64,000 nt of DNA from a virus. This document shows positions 26,220-36,585 of this stretch, piece by piece; position 1 is the first letter of the stretch, and the number at the start of each line of letters is the position of its first letter. The notes under the pieces were generated by a model. The model searched no databases, was not told the origin of the DNA, and was given only the letters and a program-made list of their open reading frames with translations. A program made the position numbers and the translations under genes. The stretch lies in IMG/VR virus record IMGVR_UViG_3300044844_000428; one strand, given 5' to 3'.

Positions 26220-27953
26220 ATGGATGACTTGAAAACGAGATTGATAGAATACAGAAAAACAGCAAATAATACATGGACAAAAAAAATTACAGATACTGAT
26301 CTGGAACAAGATTTACTTGAATATCCAAACTATTCAGAGCTACCCCCAAATCAAAAGGCAGCTGCTATTATTCTGGGTAGAATTCCGATATGTGAATGTG
26401 GTAATGCAGTATCATTTCAGGGTAAACGAAAAGAAACTATCAATGGAACTCCATTTGGAGGATGGTTGGAATTCTGTTCATCTAAATGCGCTAAATCATC
26501 TAATAAAACAATAGAAAAAAGAAAACAGACGTGTATCGATAGATTTGGAACTGACAGTTGGTCAAAGACTGATATTGCTAAAAAGACTATGAGTTTACCA
26601 TGGTCAGAAGAAAAGAAAGTAGCATATAATGCTACTGTATCAAAGACATGTATTGAAAAGTATGGTGTTGACCATTATAGTAAAACAGAAGAATATTTAG
26701 ATAAGCGGAATGCTACAGTACTTAGGCAAACTGATGGCAAATATACCAATCATTTTCAGAATGTTGACAAGATAAAAGAATCTAATCTTGAAAAGTATGG
26801 TGTTGACCATTATAACAAAACTGAATCTGGTAGAAATAATCTTAGAACTAATAATGGTATGTTTAATCATGACGTCGCTATTAGATCAAAATTTAACAAG
26901 ATGAAATCTAAGTATTCTGAAGAACTATTGGAAATACTTATCAATAAAGATAATATAAGATTCAAATCATTCATTGATAGTATTGTTACATCGAATCAAT
27001 ATAAACATAGACACCAAATTGCAGAACACTTGAATTTAAGTTATTCTTATCTTAATGCTATATTTAGAGAGTATGGAATGCAAAATGAGTATCTAACACT
27101 AGGAACTTCAATCTCATTTAAAGAACAAGAAGTATTCGAGTATGTACAATCATTAGGTTTTACTATTAAGAGAAGCGATAGAACAATACTTGATGGTAAG
27201 GAAATAGATATACTTATTGAACAAAAGAAACTTGGAATAGAATTTAATGGGTTATATTATCATTCTGAGTATAGTGGAGGAAAAGATAGTAGATATCATC
27301 TTGATAAAACTGAACTATGTGAATTAAAAGGTTACCAACTTTTGCATATATTTGAAAATGAATGGAATGATTCTAGTAAGAATAAAATATGGAAATCCAT
27401 TATCAAATCAAAATTAGGTCTTATTACTAATAGAATATTTGCTAGAAAATGTACTGTCGTTGAACTAACACCAAAAGAAAGCAGAAAGTTCTTTGATGCA
27501 AATCATTTATCTGGATTCGTGGGAGCAAGTTTACATGTTGGACTATATTATAATGATACCTTGGTTTCTGCTATATCTTATGGTAAATCCAGATTCTCAA
27601 ATAATGAGAATGAAATTTATAGATTTGCTTCACTACTAGATTACCAAGTAGTTGGAGCATTGGGAAAATTAATATCAAAAATACCAAATGACAATTTAGT
27701 TTCTTTTGCAGATAGAAGAATATCAGGAGTAGATTCAGCATATTCTAAATTCTTTAATTTCAAGCATAAAGTTGGTCCAAATTGGTGGGGAATTGAATCT
27801 GGTAATCTTAAACATAGAATGAGTTATACTAAGAAGAATGTTAAGATGTTACTTGGTGAATTATATGATGAAAACTTATCAGTAAAAGATAATATGTTTG
27901 CCAATAAGATTGATATCATTCACGACTGCGGAAATTGGAAATTCTATAATTAA
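26220..27953 (+). mobile_element. Hef-like homing endonuclease (Zn ribbon, EKYG repeats, PD-(D/E)XK/Vsr-like nuclease domain)
   Basis: EIDI..KKLGIEFNGLYYHS, LLHIFENEW, ARKC; own promoter TTTACA-N17-TATAAT at 26155-26183; 27-nt repeat at 26653 and 26788. Confidence 0.8.
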
Positions 27954-27967
27954 ATTTCAGACATAAG

Positions 27968-27990
27968 AAAGGGGCCGTTAAGCCCCTTTT
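27968..27990. terminator. Bidirectional terminator between endonuclease and gene 23
   Basis: AAAGGGGC/GCCCCTTT stem between convergent genes. Confidence 0.85.
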
Positions 27991-28019
27991 CTACAACAAC
28001 AAAAGTTGTTATAAATCAA

Positions 28020-29363
28020 CTACATAAGATTTGCTACCGCGACCTTGCGATAATATGAGTTTGCATTAGCATACAAACCATTTGGATCTTGTGGACCTGT
28101 ATAATCAGCTACGGCAAATGGATTGCTAGCAATACCATAACGTGTTTTGAAGCCAATTTTTGGTTGGAATGTATTAGGATCAGTTGCACGAACTAATTGC
28201 AATGGTACATATGGGCAGTAGAACATACCAGCATCAAATGCTGAACTACCTTTATAACCAGCAACAAAGAATTGTGTAGCTGAACTGTTTGCTGCATATG
28301 GATCAACATAAACTTTATAACGACCGTTTAAGATACCAGCAAAAGTTGTTGAAGTATCATCAACATTCAATGAAGTAGATAATGCAGGAGCATAATCAAG
28401 TACACCAGCCATAGCAAGTGCAGATGCTACGTCAGCAGAAGTGATGATGAAGTTAGCTTTACCACGACGTGTTAATTGGCCAACAGCATTTGCTTCACGT
28501 TCAATTTGGAACAATAAACCTTTGAATTTTTCAACTGACCAACGACCATTTGAATCGATATCAAGATCGAATGAACCAGCAACAGCAGTACCAGTTTGAG
28601 CACCAACTTTAGCAGAGATATAAACGCGACGAACAACTTCACGGTTGATTTCAGCAAGAATTTCTTGAGTTAAGATGTTGCTCAATTCAGCAGCAGCATC
28701 TAAACCATGAACTGATTTAAGATCTTGTGCTAATTCATCTGTGTATTCTGCTTTCAACGCGCGGGTTTGAGCAGTAACAGATGTTTTTTCGATTGAGAAT
28801 GCCATTTCAGCAAAAGTAGTTGCTTCACCTTCAGCAGTAGTCATACCATAACCTGTAGTAGCGTTAAAGATGTCTGTTAATGCCGATTGTGTACCAGAAG
28901 CGGGAGTACCAGTACCGTCAAACAATGAAGCTGAACCAGAGAATTGAGTGTTTGCTTCGTTAACCAACGCTTCAGCACCATTTTGTGATGTGTAACGCGA
29001 TTTCATAGCAAAGATCAAACCAGTAGGTTGAGTCATTGGTTGAACACCACAGATATCATAAGCAATCATTTGTGGCATTGCACGACGTACTAATGAGATT
29101 AATACTGGATCGTAACCTTGAACAGCTGCAGTAGTTGCACCAGCAGCCCAACCAGCAGAACCTAAAGCGATAGATGAACCACCAGCGTTAGCGTGTGTTT
29201 CATACAAGCCCATGCTCATTGAACCTTCTTCACGCATTGCTTTTTCTTGGTTTTCTAATAATACCGCAGTAACTTCTTTACGGTAGTTGTCTTTGATAGG
29301 ACTTAAAGATTCGTGCTCTAAGATAGGAGCCCATTTTTTTACTAATTCAGGACGAGTTTGCAT
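28020..29363 (-). CDS. 23: Major capsid protein gp23
   Basis: LVRRAMP, GVQPMTQPTGLIFAM, RALKAEY, YCPYVPL, FQPKIGFKTRYG. Confidence 0.99.
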   Translation of the reverse strand: MQTRPELVKKWAPILEHESLSPIKDNYRKEVTAVLLENQEKAMREEGSMSMGLYETHANAGGSSIALGSAGWAAGATTAAVQGYDPVLISLVRRAMPQMIAYDICGVQPMTQPTGLIFAMKSRYTSQNGAEALVNEANTQFSGSASLFDGTGTPASGTQSALTDIFNATTGYGMTTAEGEATTFAEMAFSIEKTSVTAQTRALKAEYTDELAQDLKSVHGLDAAAELSNILTQEILAEINREVVRRVYISAKVGAQTGTAVAGSFDLDIDSNGRWSVEKFKGLLFQIEREANAVGQLTRRGKANFIITSADVASALAMAGVLDYAPALSTSLNVDDTSTTFAGILNGRYKVYVDPYAANSSATQFFVAGYKGSSAFDAGMFYCPYVPLQLVRATDPNTFQPKIGFKTRYGIASNPFAVADYTGPQDPNGLYANANSYYRKVAVANLM

Positions 29364-29381
29364 TTTTGTAATTTCCTTATT

Positions 29382-30860
29382 TTAAAGTTTAATTCTGTTA
29401 AAAGTTTCTAAATATTGAGCTACATTTGGATCAATGTTTTGTACACTTTCAGTAAGTTGTACTGGTGAATCAGTTACGATAGATTGTACTGTACCAGCAG
29501 TGGGTTTTTTACCAAAGTAATTTTCTTTGATGATTTGCAATTTAGAAGAATATGTGTCTGAATCTTCAAAAGATAATTCTTCAGCAAGAGATTTGAATTT
29601 CTCTACTTCAGTATCAGTCATTGTTTTGCAGAATTCTTCTGTAATTGTATTTCTTTCTACATAATTGATGTACTTAGACATCTCAACATTCGATTCCAAA
29701 GATTCATCAAGTTTAGATTCCAAAATAGCTACTGATTCTTGTAATTCAGCAACAAGATCAAGTTTTTCATCTGGAACTTCAATATAATGCTCTTGGAATA
29801 AATTTTTCATTCCACTAACAAATCCTTCAAGAATGTCATTTTTAATGCCGGTTGTAACGGCAAGTTCATTATCATTCATCCACTGCTCAACAACATAGTT
29901 GAGGTATCCATCAACTTTTTCAACAATTTCTTCTTTAGCACCTTCATAGTATTCTACGAGGCGGTCTTGGAATTCTTCTTCTAATGATTCAACTTCTTGA
30001 GTCACTCTTGACATTACAGCAGCTTCAAAGATTGCAGTAGCTTTTTCTCTGAATTCTTCTGTAAGGTTTTCGCCATTCATTAAAGCATCAACATCGGCAT
30101 CGATATCTTCTTTAGTCAATCTATCGACTGCTCTATTAATACCAACCTTACGTTTTTTATTCATACTAGCTGCGTGTTCATATTCTTTACTTCTTGTGGG
30201 ATCAGTAACAGTTACACCCTTAACAAAACCCGCAAGACCAACATCAGATGTTGCTTTCTTGACATAAGAACCCAAAGTTTTCTTTGATAATTCATCAAGT
30301 TGCTCATAATCTTCTGACATCATAAAGTCTTCTAATTCTTCAATTGAAAAATCTTCAAGATCTTCTTTAGTCAATTTGTTGACTGCTTTAGCAATACCTT
30401 TTTGTCTCGTATGTATTTTTCTTCCATGATATGCTGAATTTTCGATATCTCCTCTTTCAAGAGAACCGACCATATTAATACCATGAGATGAAAGTTTATC
30501 AGATGCTTTCTTGACATAAGAACCCAAAGTTTTCTTTGACAATTCGTCAAGTTGTTCTTCATCAAGATCATCAATATCTTCGTTGACATTAGTATTTAGA
30601 ACTTTTTTAGTTTTTCTTTTGAATGTATCGTGTGGTTCATTGTGCTGTTGACCAGAACGATGTAATGACCAACCTGGACCTTTAGGTCTTTCGCCTACTG
30701 GAACCTTGACTTTTTCCACATCTAATGCTTCATCAAGATCTTCTTCAGAATCTTCATCATCTTCTTTATCAGACTCTTTCATTTTGGTTTTGCATGCTTC
30801 AGCCATTTGCAATGCTTCAGATTCTCTTAATAAATCTGCAATTTTATCTTCTATAGACAT
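29382..30860 (-). CDS. 22: Prohead core scaffold gp22 with inserted repeated modules
   Basis: LTEEF.EKATAIFEAAV, KVDGYLNYVVEQW, LF.EHYIEVP. Confidence 0.93.
   Translation of the reverse strand: MSIEDKIADLLRESEALQMAEACKTKMKESDKEDDEDSEEDLDEALDVEKVKVPVGERPKGPGWSLHRSGQQHNEPHDTFKRKTKKVLNTNVNEDIDDLDEEQLDELSKKTLGSYVKKASDKLSSHGINMVGSLERGDIENSAYHGRKIHTRQKGIAKAVNKLTKEDLEDFSIEELEDFMMSEDYEQLDELSKKTLGSYVKKATSDVGLAGFVKGVTVTDPTRSKEYEHAASMNKKRKVGINRAVDRLTKEDIDADVDALMNGENLTEEFREKATAIFEAAVMSRVTQEVESLEEEFQDRLVEYYEGAKEEIVEKVDGYLNYVVEQWMNDNELAVTTGIKNDILEGFVSGMKNLFQEHYIEVPDEKLDLVAELQESVAILESKLDESLESNVEMSKYINYVERNTITEEFCKTMTDTEVEKFKSLAEELSFEDSDTYSSKLQIIKENYFGKKPTAGTVQSIVTDSPVQLTESVQNIDPNVAQYLETFNRIKL
30252..30539 (-). 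repeat. 36-nt perfect direct repeat (30252-30287, 30504-30539) in gene 22 insert
   Basis: Encodes SKKTLGSYVKKA twice. Confidence 0.9.
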
Positions 30861-30879
30861 CGTGTCTCCCTTGTTATAG

Positions 30880-31521
30880 TTACTTAATACGTGTTAAGAA
30901 ATTTTGAAATTCTTTCAGTGATACTTCATTTATTAAACTAGATTTGGCACCTGAAATTGCTTTGCGAGCATCATCAATATGGCGTTCTGTAAAGATACCA
31001 TTAACGTAAACCCATTCTTTACCTTCCATGATACCATTAACCCAACAATCAATACCACTTGGTTCGTGGACAATATCCACTGTATTCAATTTATAGTCTG
31101 ACTGGACTTCATTGATATTACCTTTACGAACTACTGAACCAAGTCCTCTTGAAGATACTCCTAACTTAACACCTTCTTCTAAGAAGTTCTGAGCAATCTT
31201 ACCCATAGGGGTATCAAGGATTTTAGCTTTACCAACAATGTCATTACCATCAAATCTCAATTCAGTAATCAAGTGAGATACTTTATCAAGATTAAGAGAA
31301 GGAGAGTCTGGATGACCAAGTTCGCCAAGTGAGCGTTTTTCTTTTATAGAAGATTGGTATTTTTTGAGTTCTGATTCCATAATAGACTTAGGATAAGTTC
31401 TTCCATTTCTATTAGGTGTATCGGCTTGCATAAAAACACCACTGATGTAATGGGATTTCTTTGTGCCATCTGATTCGACCAGATATTGCACATCCATTAC
31501 TTGTTCTGTGATTAATTTCAT
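30880..31521 (-). CDS. 21: Prohead protease gp21
   Basis: NRNGR.YP, GELGHP, GVSSRGLGS. Confidence 0.97.
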   Translation of the reverse strand: MKLITEQVMDVQYLVESDGTKKSHYISGVFMQADTPNRNGRTYPKSIMESELKKYQSSIKEKRSLGELGHPDSPSLNLDKVSHLITELRFDGNDIVGKAKILDTPMGKIAQNFLEEGVKLGVSSRGLGSVVRKGNINEVQSDYKLNTVDIVHEPSGIDCWVNGIMEGKEWVYVNGIFTERHIDDARKAISGAKSSLINEVSLKEFQNFLTRIK

Positions 31522-31529
31522 ATCTGTCC

Positions 31530-31937
31530 TTAGATTGATTGGATAGTACTTAATTGATCTGTATTTTTATAACCAGAAACCTTTTTAAGTCTAACCCAAA
31601 GTTCCATATTGCCAGTACCAGTAACAGTAAACACTAATGGATATGTATTATTGATTGGATCGTTAGCAAATCCAGCTTCTGATAAATTGATACTACCAAT
31701 AGTATTAGATTGGAAGGTATATGACCTTACAGAATTTCTATCAATAGCAATAGTACAATCAGCATTGCCAGACCAAAATAGATTAGCAATATTAACTTTC
31801 TGAGTAGCACCATTCAGTGCTTCGTTTACTGCAAGGATATCCGTTGTCAAGTTAAGTGTTGCTGAACCAGCAGTGCCTGCAACTTTAACAACAACATCGC
31901 TATAGGTTTTTGATACAACTGTTATAGTTACAGCCAT
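31530..31937 (-). CDS. Hypothetical head-region protein
   Basis: ORF track. Confidence 0.65.
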   Translation of the reverse strand: MAVTITVVSKTYSDVVVKVAGTAGSATLNLTTDILAVNEALNGATQKVNIANLFWSGNADCTIAIDRNSVRSYTFQSNTIGSINLSEAGFANDPINNTYPLVFTVTGTGNMELWVRLKKVSGYKNTDQLSTIQSI

Positions 31938-31940
31938 CTT

Positions 31941-32291
31941 TTATTCCTTAATTGTTTCTTGAATAACACTAAAGAAGTTATCTTTAGATTCATTCATAAA
32001 ATTAATTGCTTTAGTATTATTTATTAAAATCTGATTTAGGAGATTCTGTGTTTCTTCGGTAATTGAAACACAAGAACCGTCATCCAAAGTATATTCATAC
32101 CGACAACTTAATGAAGATTGTTTCTCTCTTAACTCCAATATTACTGGATCAACTGTAAATCTATTGGTTTCCAATAACGAAGAATAAGATTCAATTAAAG
32201 ATGGACTTGCTTCAACGCCGTAATGTTCTTTTATAGAATTGGATATATTCTTTTTGATACCAATAGATTGTACAAAAGATGAATAGTTCAT
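31941..32291 (-). CDS. Hypothetical head-region protein
   Basis: ORF track. Confidence 0.6.
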   Translation of the reverse strand: MNYSSFVQSIGIKKNISNSIKEHYGVEASPSLIESYSSLLETNRFTVDPVILELREKQSSLSCRYEYTLDDGSCVSITEETQNLLNQILINNTKAINFMNESKDNFFSVIQETIKE

Positions 32292-32452
32292 TAGTCGTCC
32301 GTGTCTTTAAACATAGTTTGAGCAACTTCCATTTTTCTATCTTCAATAGCAGATGAAATCTTATCAGACATTACTGCTTGAAAAGAGTTCTCGATATCAG
32401 TTGCTTTACCAGAAATAATAGCATCAACTAAATTTGAAGTAAATTCTGTCAT
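32291..32452 (-). CDS. 67: Prohead core protein gp67-like (53 aa, MTEFTSNLVDAIISGKATDIENSFQAVMSDKISSAIEDRKMEVAQTMF...)
   Basis: Read manually (below ORF-track cut-off); position after portal and helical pattern. Confidence 0.75.
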   Translation of the reverse strand: MTEFTSNLVDAIISGKATDIENSFQAVMSDKISSAIEDRKMEVAQTMFKDTDD

Positions 32453-32461
32453 AATATGTTC

Positions 32462-33967
32462 CTATTGTTGTGTTGTATCTTGAGTAACTTGTCCAGAATC
32501 TTGTTCTTGATCTACTGGAGAAGGTTCCTTTTTAATCTGAGCAGCAATCTCTTTAATATCTTTTTCTGATTGCATCAATACATTCTTTTGTACCCAATCG
32601 ATTGAGAAATATTTACCAACATAAGGATCCAATAATTGAAGAGTCTGGAGTCTGTTTTGCAGAATCTCAGTATCTTTCATTTCTTGGAAATGATTATCTT
32701 GGTTGAAATCGTATCTTATACTATTAGCAAATTCATCCCATTCATCTTCACGAATGATACCCTTTGTGACAAGTTGGATTCTTAATATTTCATTGAATAC
32801 ATTAGAAAATTTATTTCTTAATCTATTTATAAACTTACCAAACTTAATCTCATCCCGAGTAATTTCTGAACTTCTACCAAGAGAGAAACCAGTATCTGGT
32901 CTAAGTCTTGAAATAGGAACATTAAGTGCTTGGAATAATTTATTTTGGAAGTAGTTGATATCTTCAATTTGACCAAGATTCTGTGCACCATCAAGAGTAG
33001 TAATTTCAGTACCTTTACCACCTTCTCTTCTAGGCATCCAGAAATCTTCCATCATAGAAAGATTTTTCTTATCAGTTTTAACTTCACCTGTAACAGCATC
33101 ATAAACAAGTTTGTTTCTAAACTTATTCATAATGTCTTGAACGTATTGTTCAGCTTTCAGTTTAGGTAAATTACCAACATCAATATAGAATACTCTACGT
33201 TCTGGTGCTCTTGATACTCTGTAAATTACTAGAGCATCCTCAATCATTTTCAATTGGTTTGTAGGTTTGATTGCTTTATGCAAGTATCCCATAACCATAT
33301 TAGTATTACCATCAAGAATACCAGAATGACAATAGGCAACTGAATCCAAACTCATACGAACACCTTGAGTAGTTTGGGTAGTTAATCCTTTATCATTGTA
33401 TAGGTAGTATTCTTCTTGGATACTTGAAAGTTCTACACCTTTAGGAGAACGCGAAGATTTTACAACTTTAACACGTCTGATTTTTTGTGGTTCGATGATT
33501 CTTAATTCAGTGATGCCAGATTTCTTATTATTCTCATCAAGCATGATGTTATAATAGATTCTACCATCAATGTACCAAGTTCTGAAAATATCATGACCTC
33601 TATCATTGAACTTCAATAGAGTAAGTACATTCTCAAATTCATCTCTAATTTTCTTTTTGATGCCATCGGAAACTTTAGTATCGTCAAGAACGATATCGAC
33701 AGTTTGGCCAGTATCACTAGTAACGATTGCTTCATTAACAATATCTTCAATTGCTGAATCGCAATCTGGGTATTGACTGATTTCACGATATTTCCGAATT
33801 AGATCATTTTCGTTTTTAATGCCGCCATCTAAATCTACAGAAAGACCATAGTAATTTGCGGCAGATACCAAAGCAGAACCGTCTTCAAGAGACGGTGGCA
33901 CTACTGAAGCCACCACCGCCTTTTGATTCGCTTTCTTTTTGGTTAAATTAATTCCAAAAATTTCCAT
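32462..33967 (-). CDS. 20: Portal protein gp20
   Basis: YLHKAIKP.NQL.MIED, RAPERRVFYIDVGNLP, EDFWMPRREGGKGTEI. Confidence 0.99.
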   Translation of the reverse strand: MEIFGINLTKKKANQKAVVASVVPPSLEDGSALVSAANYYGLSVDLDGGIKNENDLIRKYREISQYPDCDSAIEDIVNEAIVTSDTGQTVDIVLDDTKVSDGIKKKIRDEFENVLTLLKFNDRGHDIFRTWYIDGRIYYNIMLDENNKKSGITELRIIEPQKIRRVKVVKSSRSPKGVELSSIQEEYYLYNDKGLTTQTTQGVRMSLDSVAYCHSGILDGNTNMVMGYLHKAIKPTNQLKMIEDALVIYRVSRAPERRVFYIDVGNLPKLKAEQYVQDIMNKFRNKLVYDAVTGEVKTDKKNLSMMEDFWMPRREGGKGTEITTLDGAQNLGQIEDINYFQNKLFQALNVPISRLRPDTGFSLGRSSEITRDEIKFGKFINRLRNKFSNVFNEILRIQLVTKGIIREDEWDEFANSIRYDFNQDNHFQEMKDTEILQNRLQTLQLLDPYVGKYFSIDWVQKNVLMQSEKDIKEIAAQIKKEPSPVDQEQDSGQVTQDTTQQ

Positions 33968-33983
33968 TATATACCTTTATTAG

Positions 33984-34580
33984 TTATAGACTAACTGTTC
34001 CGAATGGAGTATCTATTGATACATTAGCACCGAATCCATTACCTGGTTTGGTTGTATTAGAAGTCCAATAGTCATATAAGAAAGTAACATCGAAAGATTC
34101 GATTGCTGTGCCTGCTTCATAACTTAATTCGATAGAACCAATCATTTGTGGAAATGCATTGATGAATGTGTACTGTTTCATAGTATCGCCATTTCTATCA
34201 AGTTGTTCTACTCTCAATTGAACTTGATAAGCTAATGGATTAACGATGCCTGTAGTAGAAGCAGCATTTTGGATACCTTCAATCCATTCTTCAAAGCGGT
34301 TACGGATATTGAAGTTTGTATCATTATAGATGCTTACTGTCCATGGTTCGTAAGTACGTTCTCCAGCAATATGAACTTCACGACCACGGTATTGTACAGG
34401 AATAGTACCTAAATTTGAAGCTGGCAACTGAGCTGCATGACATAAGAATTGAGATTCTTGTGCAGCTAATAAACCAGAACCACCACCAACCCAACTTGGC
34501 ATTGATAACATTGCTCTAAAGTGATTAGCTCTAGCACCGCCACCCTTTAAGGTGCTCTTGAAATCGTTAATTTGCGCCAT
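33984..34580 (-). CDS. 19: Tail tube protein gp19
   Basis: GGARAN.F, AQLP, GR...AGERTY..W, QLDR.G. Confidence 0.95.
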   Translation of the reverse strand: MAQINDFKSTLKGGGARANHFRAMLSMPSWVGGGSGLLAAQESQFLCHAAQLPASNLGTIPVQYRGREVHIAGERTYEPWTVSIYNDTNFNIRNRFEEWIEGIQNAASTTGIVNPLAYQVQLRVEQLDRNGDTMKQYTFINAFPQMIGSIELSYEAGTAIESFDVTFLYDYWTSNTTKPGNGFGANVSIDTPFGTVSL

Positions 34581-34590
34581 TTATATCTCC

Positions 34591-36495
34591 TTATGCACCA
34601 ACAGTTGAGAACTCAACGCTTTGACGAGTAGCGATGAAGTTTAATGTGATGTAATTGATTGAGTAGTTTGGTTTGATGTATATATCAGCAACAAAGTTAT
34701 AACTTTCAATTACAGCAGCTGTATTGTTAGTCGTGTCACAAACCACTTGGAAATCAGTAATACCACGTCTTCCTTGAATATCTCTCAAGAATGGTTCAAG
34801 CATATTTTTGAACTGTGCTCTTGTGAAAGAATCATTGTATTCAAACAATTGGTATTTTGCCGCAACTGAAATAGATCTTTCAAGAATGATGAACAATCTA
34901 CGAGTTCCAATACGGTCAAAAGCAGATGGTTTAGCTAATAGAGTTTTGTCGCCGTATAACACAACACCTTGACCAGGGAAAGAAACCACTGGGTTAATGC
35001 CGTTGCTATAAATTGCATCTCTAGCACTTTTATCTGGATTGTAAGCTAATTTAACTACATTTTTAACTTGACCGCGTGTATAACCACCAGGAGAGAACCA
35101 AGGATCATTTGTGCCATCTGTACGAGCACATAATCCAGCAGTGTCACCATTTAATGGAATCCAACGGTAAACGTCATTATATCTGTCATACTGATATTTA
35201 TAACCAGAATCAAGAACAGCATAAGAAGATGATGGAAGTGCATCACGATATGCTGAAACTTTAGCAGTAATATCGGAACCATTACCGATTAAAATATCGC
35301 CAGTAGTATCTTCTGGAGAAGCAAATACGATAATATCTTTACGAACTTCAGCAATGTTGCTAATTAATGAAGTAACAGTTGCAGATGATGCTTTACCAGC
35401 AGCAATGTAAGCAATAGGATATAATTCTGGGTTAGCAATTAAATTGTATGCTTCTAATTGATTTGCTGAAGTTGATGTTAAGTCACTAACACCACCAGTC
35501 AATTGGTAGGTAGCATAAGCAGTAAGATTAGTATAAACTGTAGCACTAGTTAATGTAGTATCCCAATCTGTTGCTAATTTAGAAGTCCACCAAACGTAGT
35601 TAGATTGGTTATTCAATACGTTTTTATAGTAACTGCTTGTTCCGTTATCGGTTTTAGCATTAGCTGCTTTAGAAACAAATGGGAATTTTTCAAGAATCGT
35701 TCCAGGAACGCCAGTCCATTCACCTTTAGAATCAATAATAAGAATATGCAATTCATCAGAGGCAGTAGTAGCACCTTTTTGTGTAGCAAAAGATGAAGTG
35801 CCAGGAGCAGTAGAGAATTGACTTACGTATTGCCAATCAGCTTTAATAGCACCGTTTGTTAATGCAATAGTAGCATTAGCAGAAAGAGTAGCTACGCTAT
35901 CAGAAGTAATTGAAGCAACTGTACCAACAGTAGCACCAGTTGAATCTTTTACAACAGCGCCAACATATAATTCAGTTAAGAATTTAGTTTGAGCCGCACC
36001 TGAAGTTCCACCAGTTAAGGTAGTAGCAGATGTTAAAGTAGTAACAGTACCTGAAAGAGTAACTGCTTTAAATGTAGCAGCATCAGCAACAGCAATTGCA
36101 ATAGAATTACCTAATGCGCCAGGATATTTTGCTGTAAATTTAATTGTGCCTGTACCAGCAATGAAATTTTGTTCGTATACTGTTCTGTTATTGATGGTAG
36201 AAGCAGTGCCTGAAGAAACCGCATTTCTTTGAGCAGTAGTTCCAGTACGAATGTTTAATAAGTTACTAGAATAAGATAAGAAGTTTGCTGCAGTAAACCA
36301 TGATTGAGCATTGGTGTCAGTTGGTTTACCAAATTGAGCAACAAGTTCGTTTTCTGATGAGATAGTAGTAGGTTCTAATACAGGACCCCATGAATAAGCA
36401 CCAGCAACTGCGGCTGCAGAAGATGCTATTGTAGGTACAACATTAGTAAAATCCTTCTCTACAACTGCAACACCAGGAGATAATTGGATTGGCAT
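34591..36495 (-). CDS. 18: Tail sheath protein gp18
   Basis: SPGV.V.E.D, WFSP.G..RG, GDKT...PSAFDRI..RRLF; late promoter 36574-36581. Confidence 0.97.
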   Translation of the reverse strand: MPIQLSPGVAVVEKDFTNVVPTIASSAAAVAGAYSWGPVLEPTTISSENELVAQFGKPTDTNAQSWFTAANFLSYSSNLLNIRTGTTAQRNAVSSGTASTINNRTVYEQNFIAGTGTIKFTAKYPGALGNSIAIAVADAATFKAVTLSGTVTTLTSATTLTGGTSGAAQTKFLTELYVGAVVKDSTGATVGTVASITSDSVATLSANATIALTNGAIKADWQYVSQFSTAPGTSSFATQKGATTASDELHILIIDSKGEWTGVPGTILEKFPFVSKAANAKTDNGTSSYYKNVLNNQSNYVWWTSKLATDWDTTLTSATVYTNLTAYATYQLTGGVSDLTSTSANQLEAYNLIANPELYPIAYIAAGKASSATVTSLISNIAEVRKDIIVFASPEDTTGDILIGNGSDITAKVSAYRDALPSSSYAVLDSGYKYQYDRYNDVYRWIPLNGDTAGLCARTDGTNDPWFSPGGYTRGQVKNVVKLAYNPDKSARDAIYSNGINPVVSFPGQGVVLYGDKTLLAKPSAFDRIGTRRLFIILERSISVAAKYQLFEYNDSFTRAQFKNMLEPFLRDIQGRRGITDFQVVCDTTNNTAAVIESYNFVADIYIKPNYSINYITLNFIATRQSVEFSTVGA

Positions 36496-36585
36496 GTGTG
36501 TCTCCGTTAGGAATAAGGTTAAAATTATCTATTATAAATTTGTAGATCACATTGTAAAAGTTGGTTCTGTATTTATTTATACTAA

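Noticed and set aside
27954-28019. Absence of gene 24/hoc after gene 23
   Set aside because: Usual in cyanophage-style T4-like genomes
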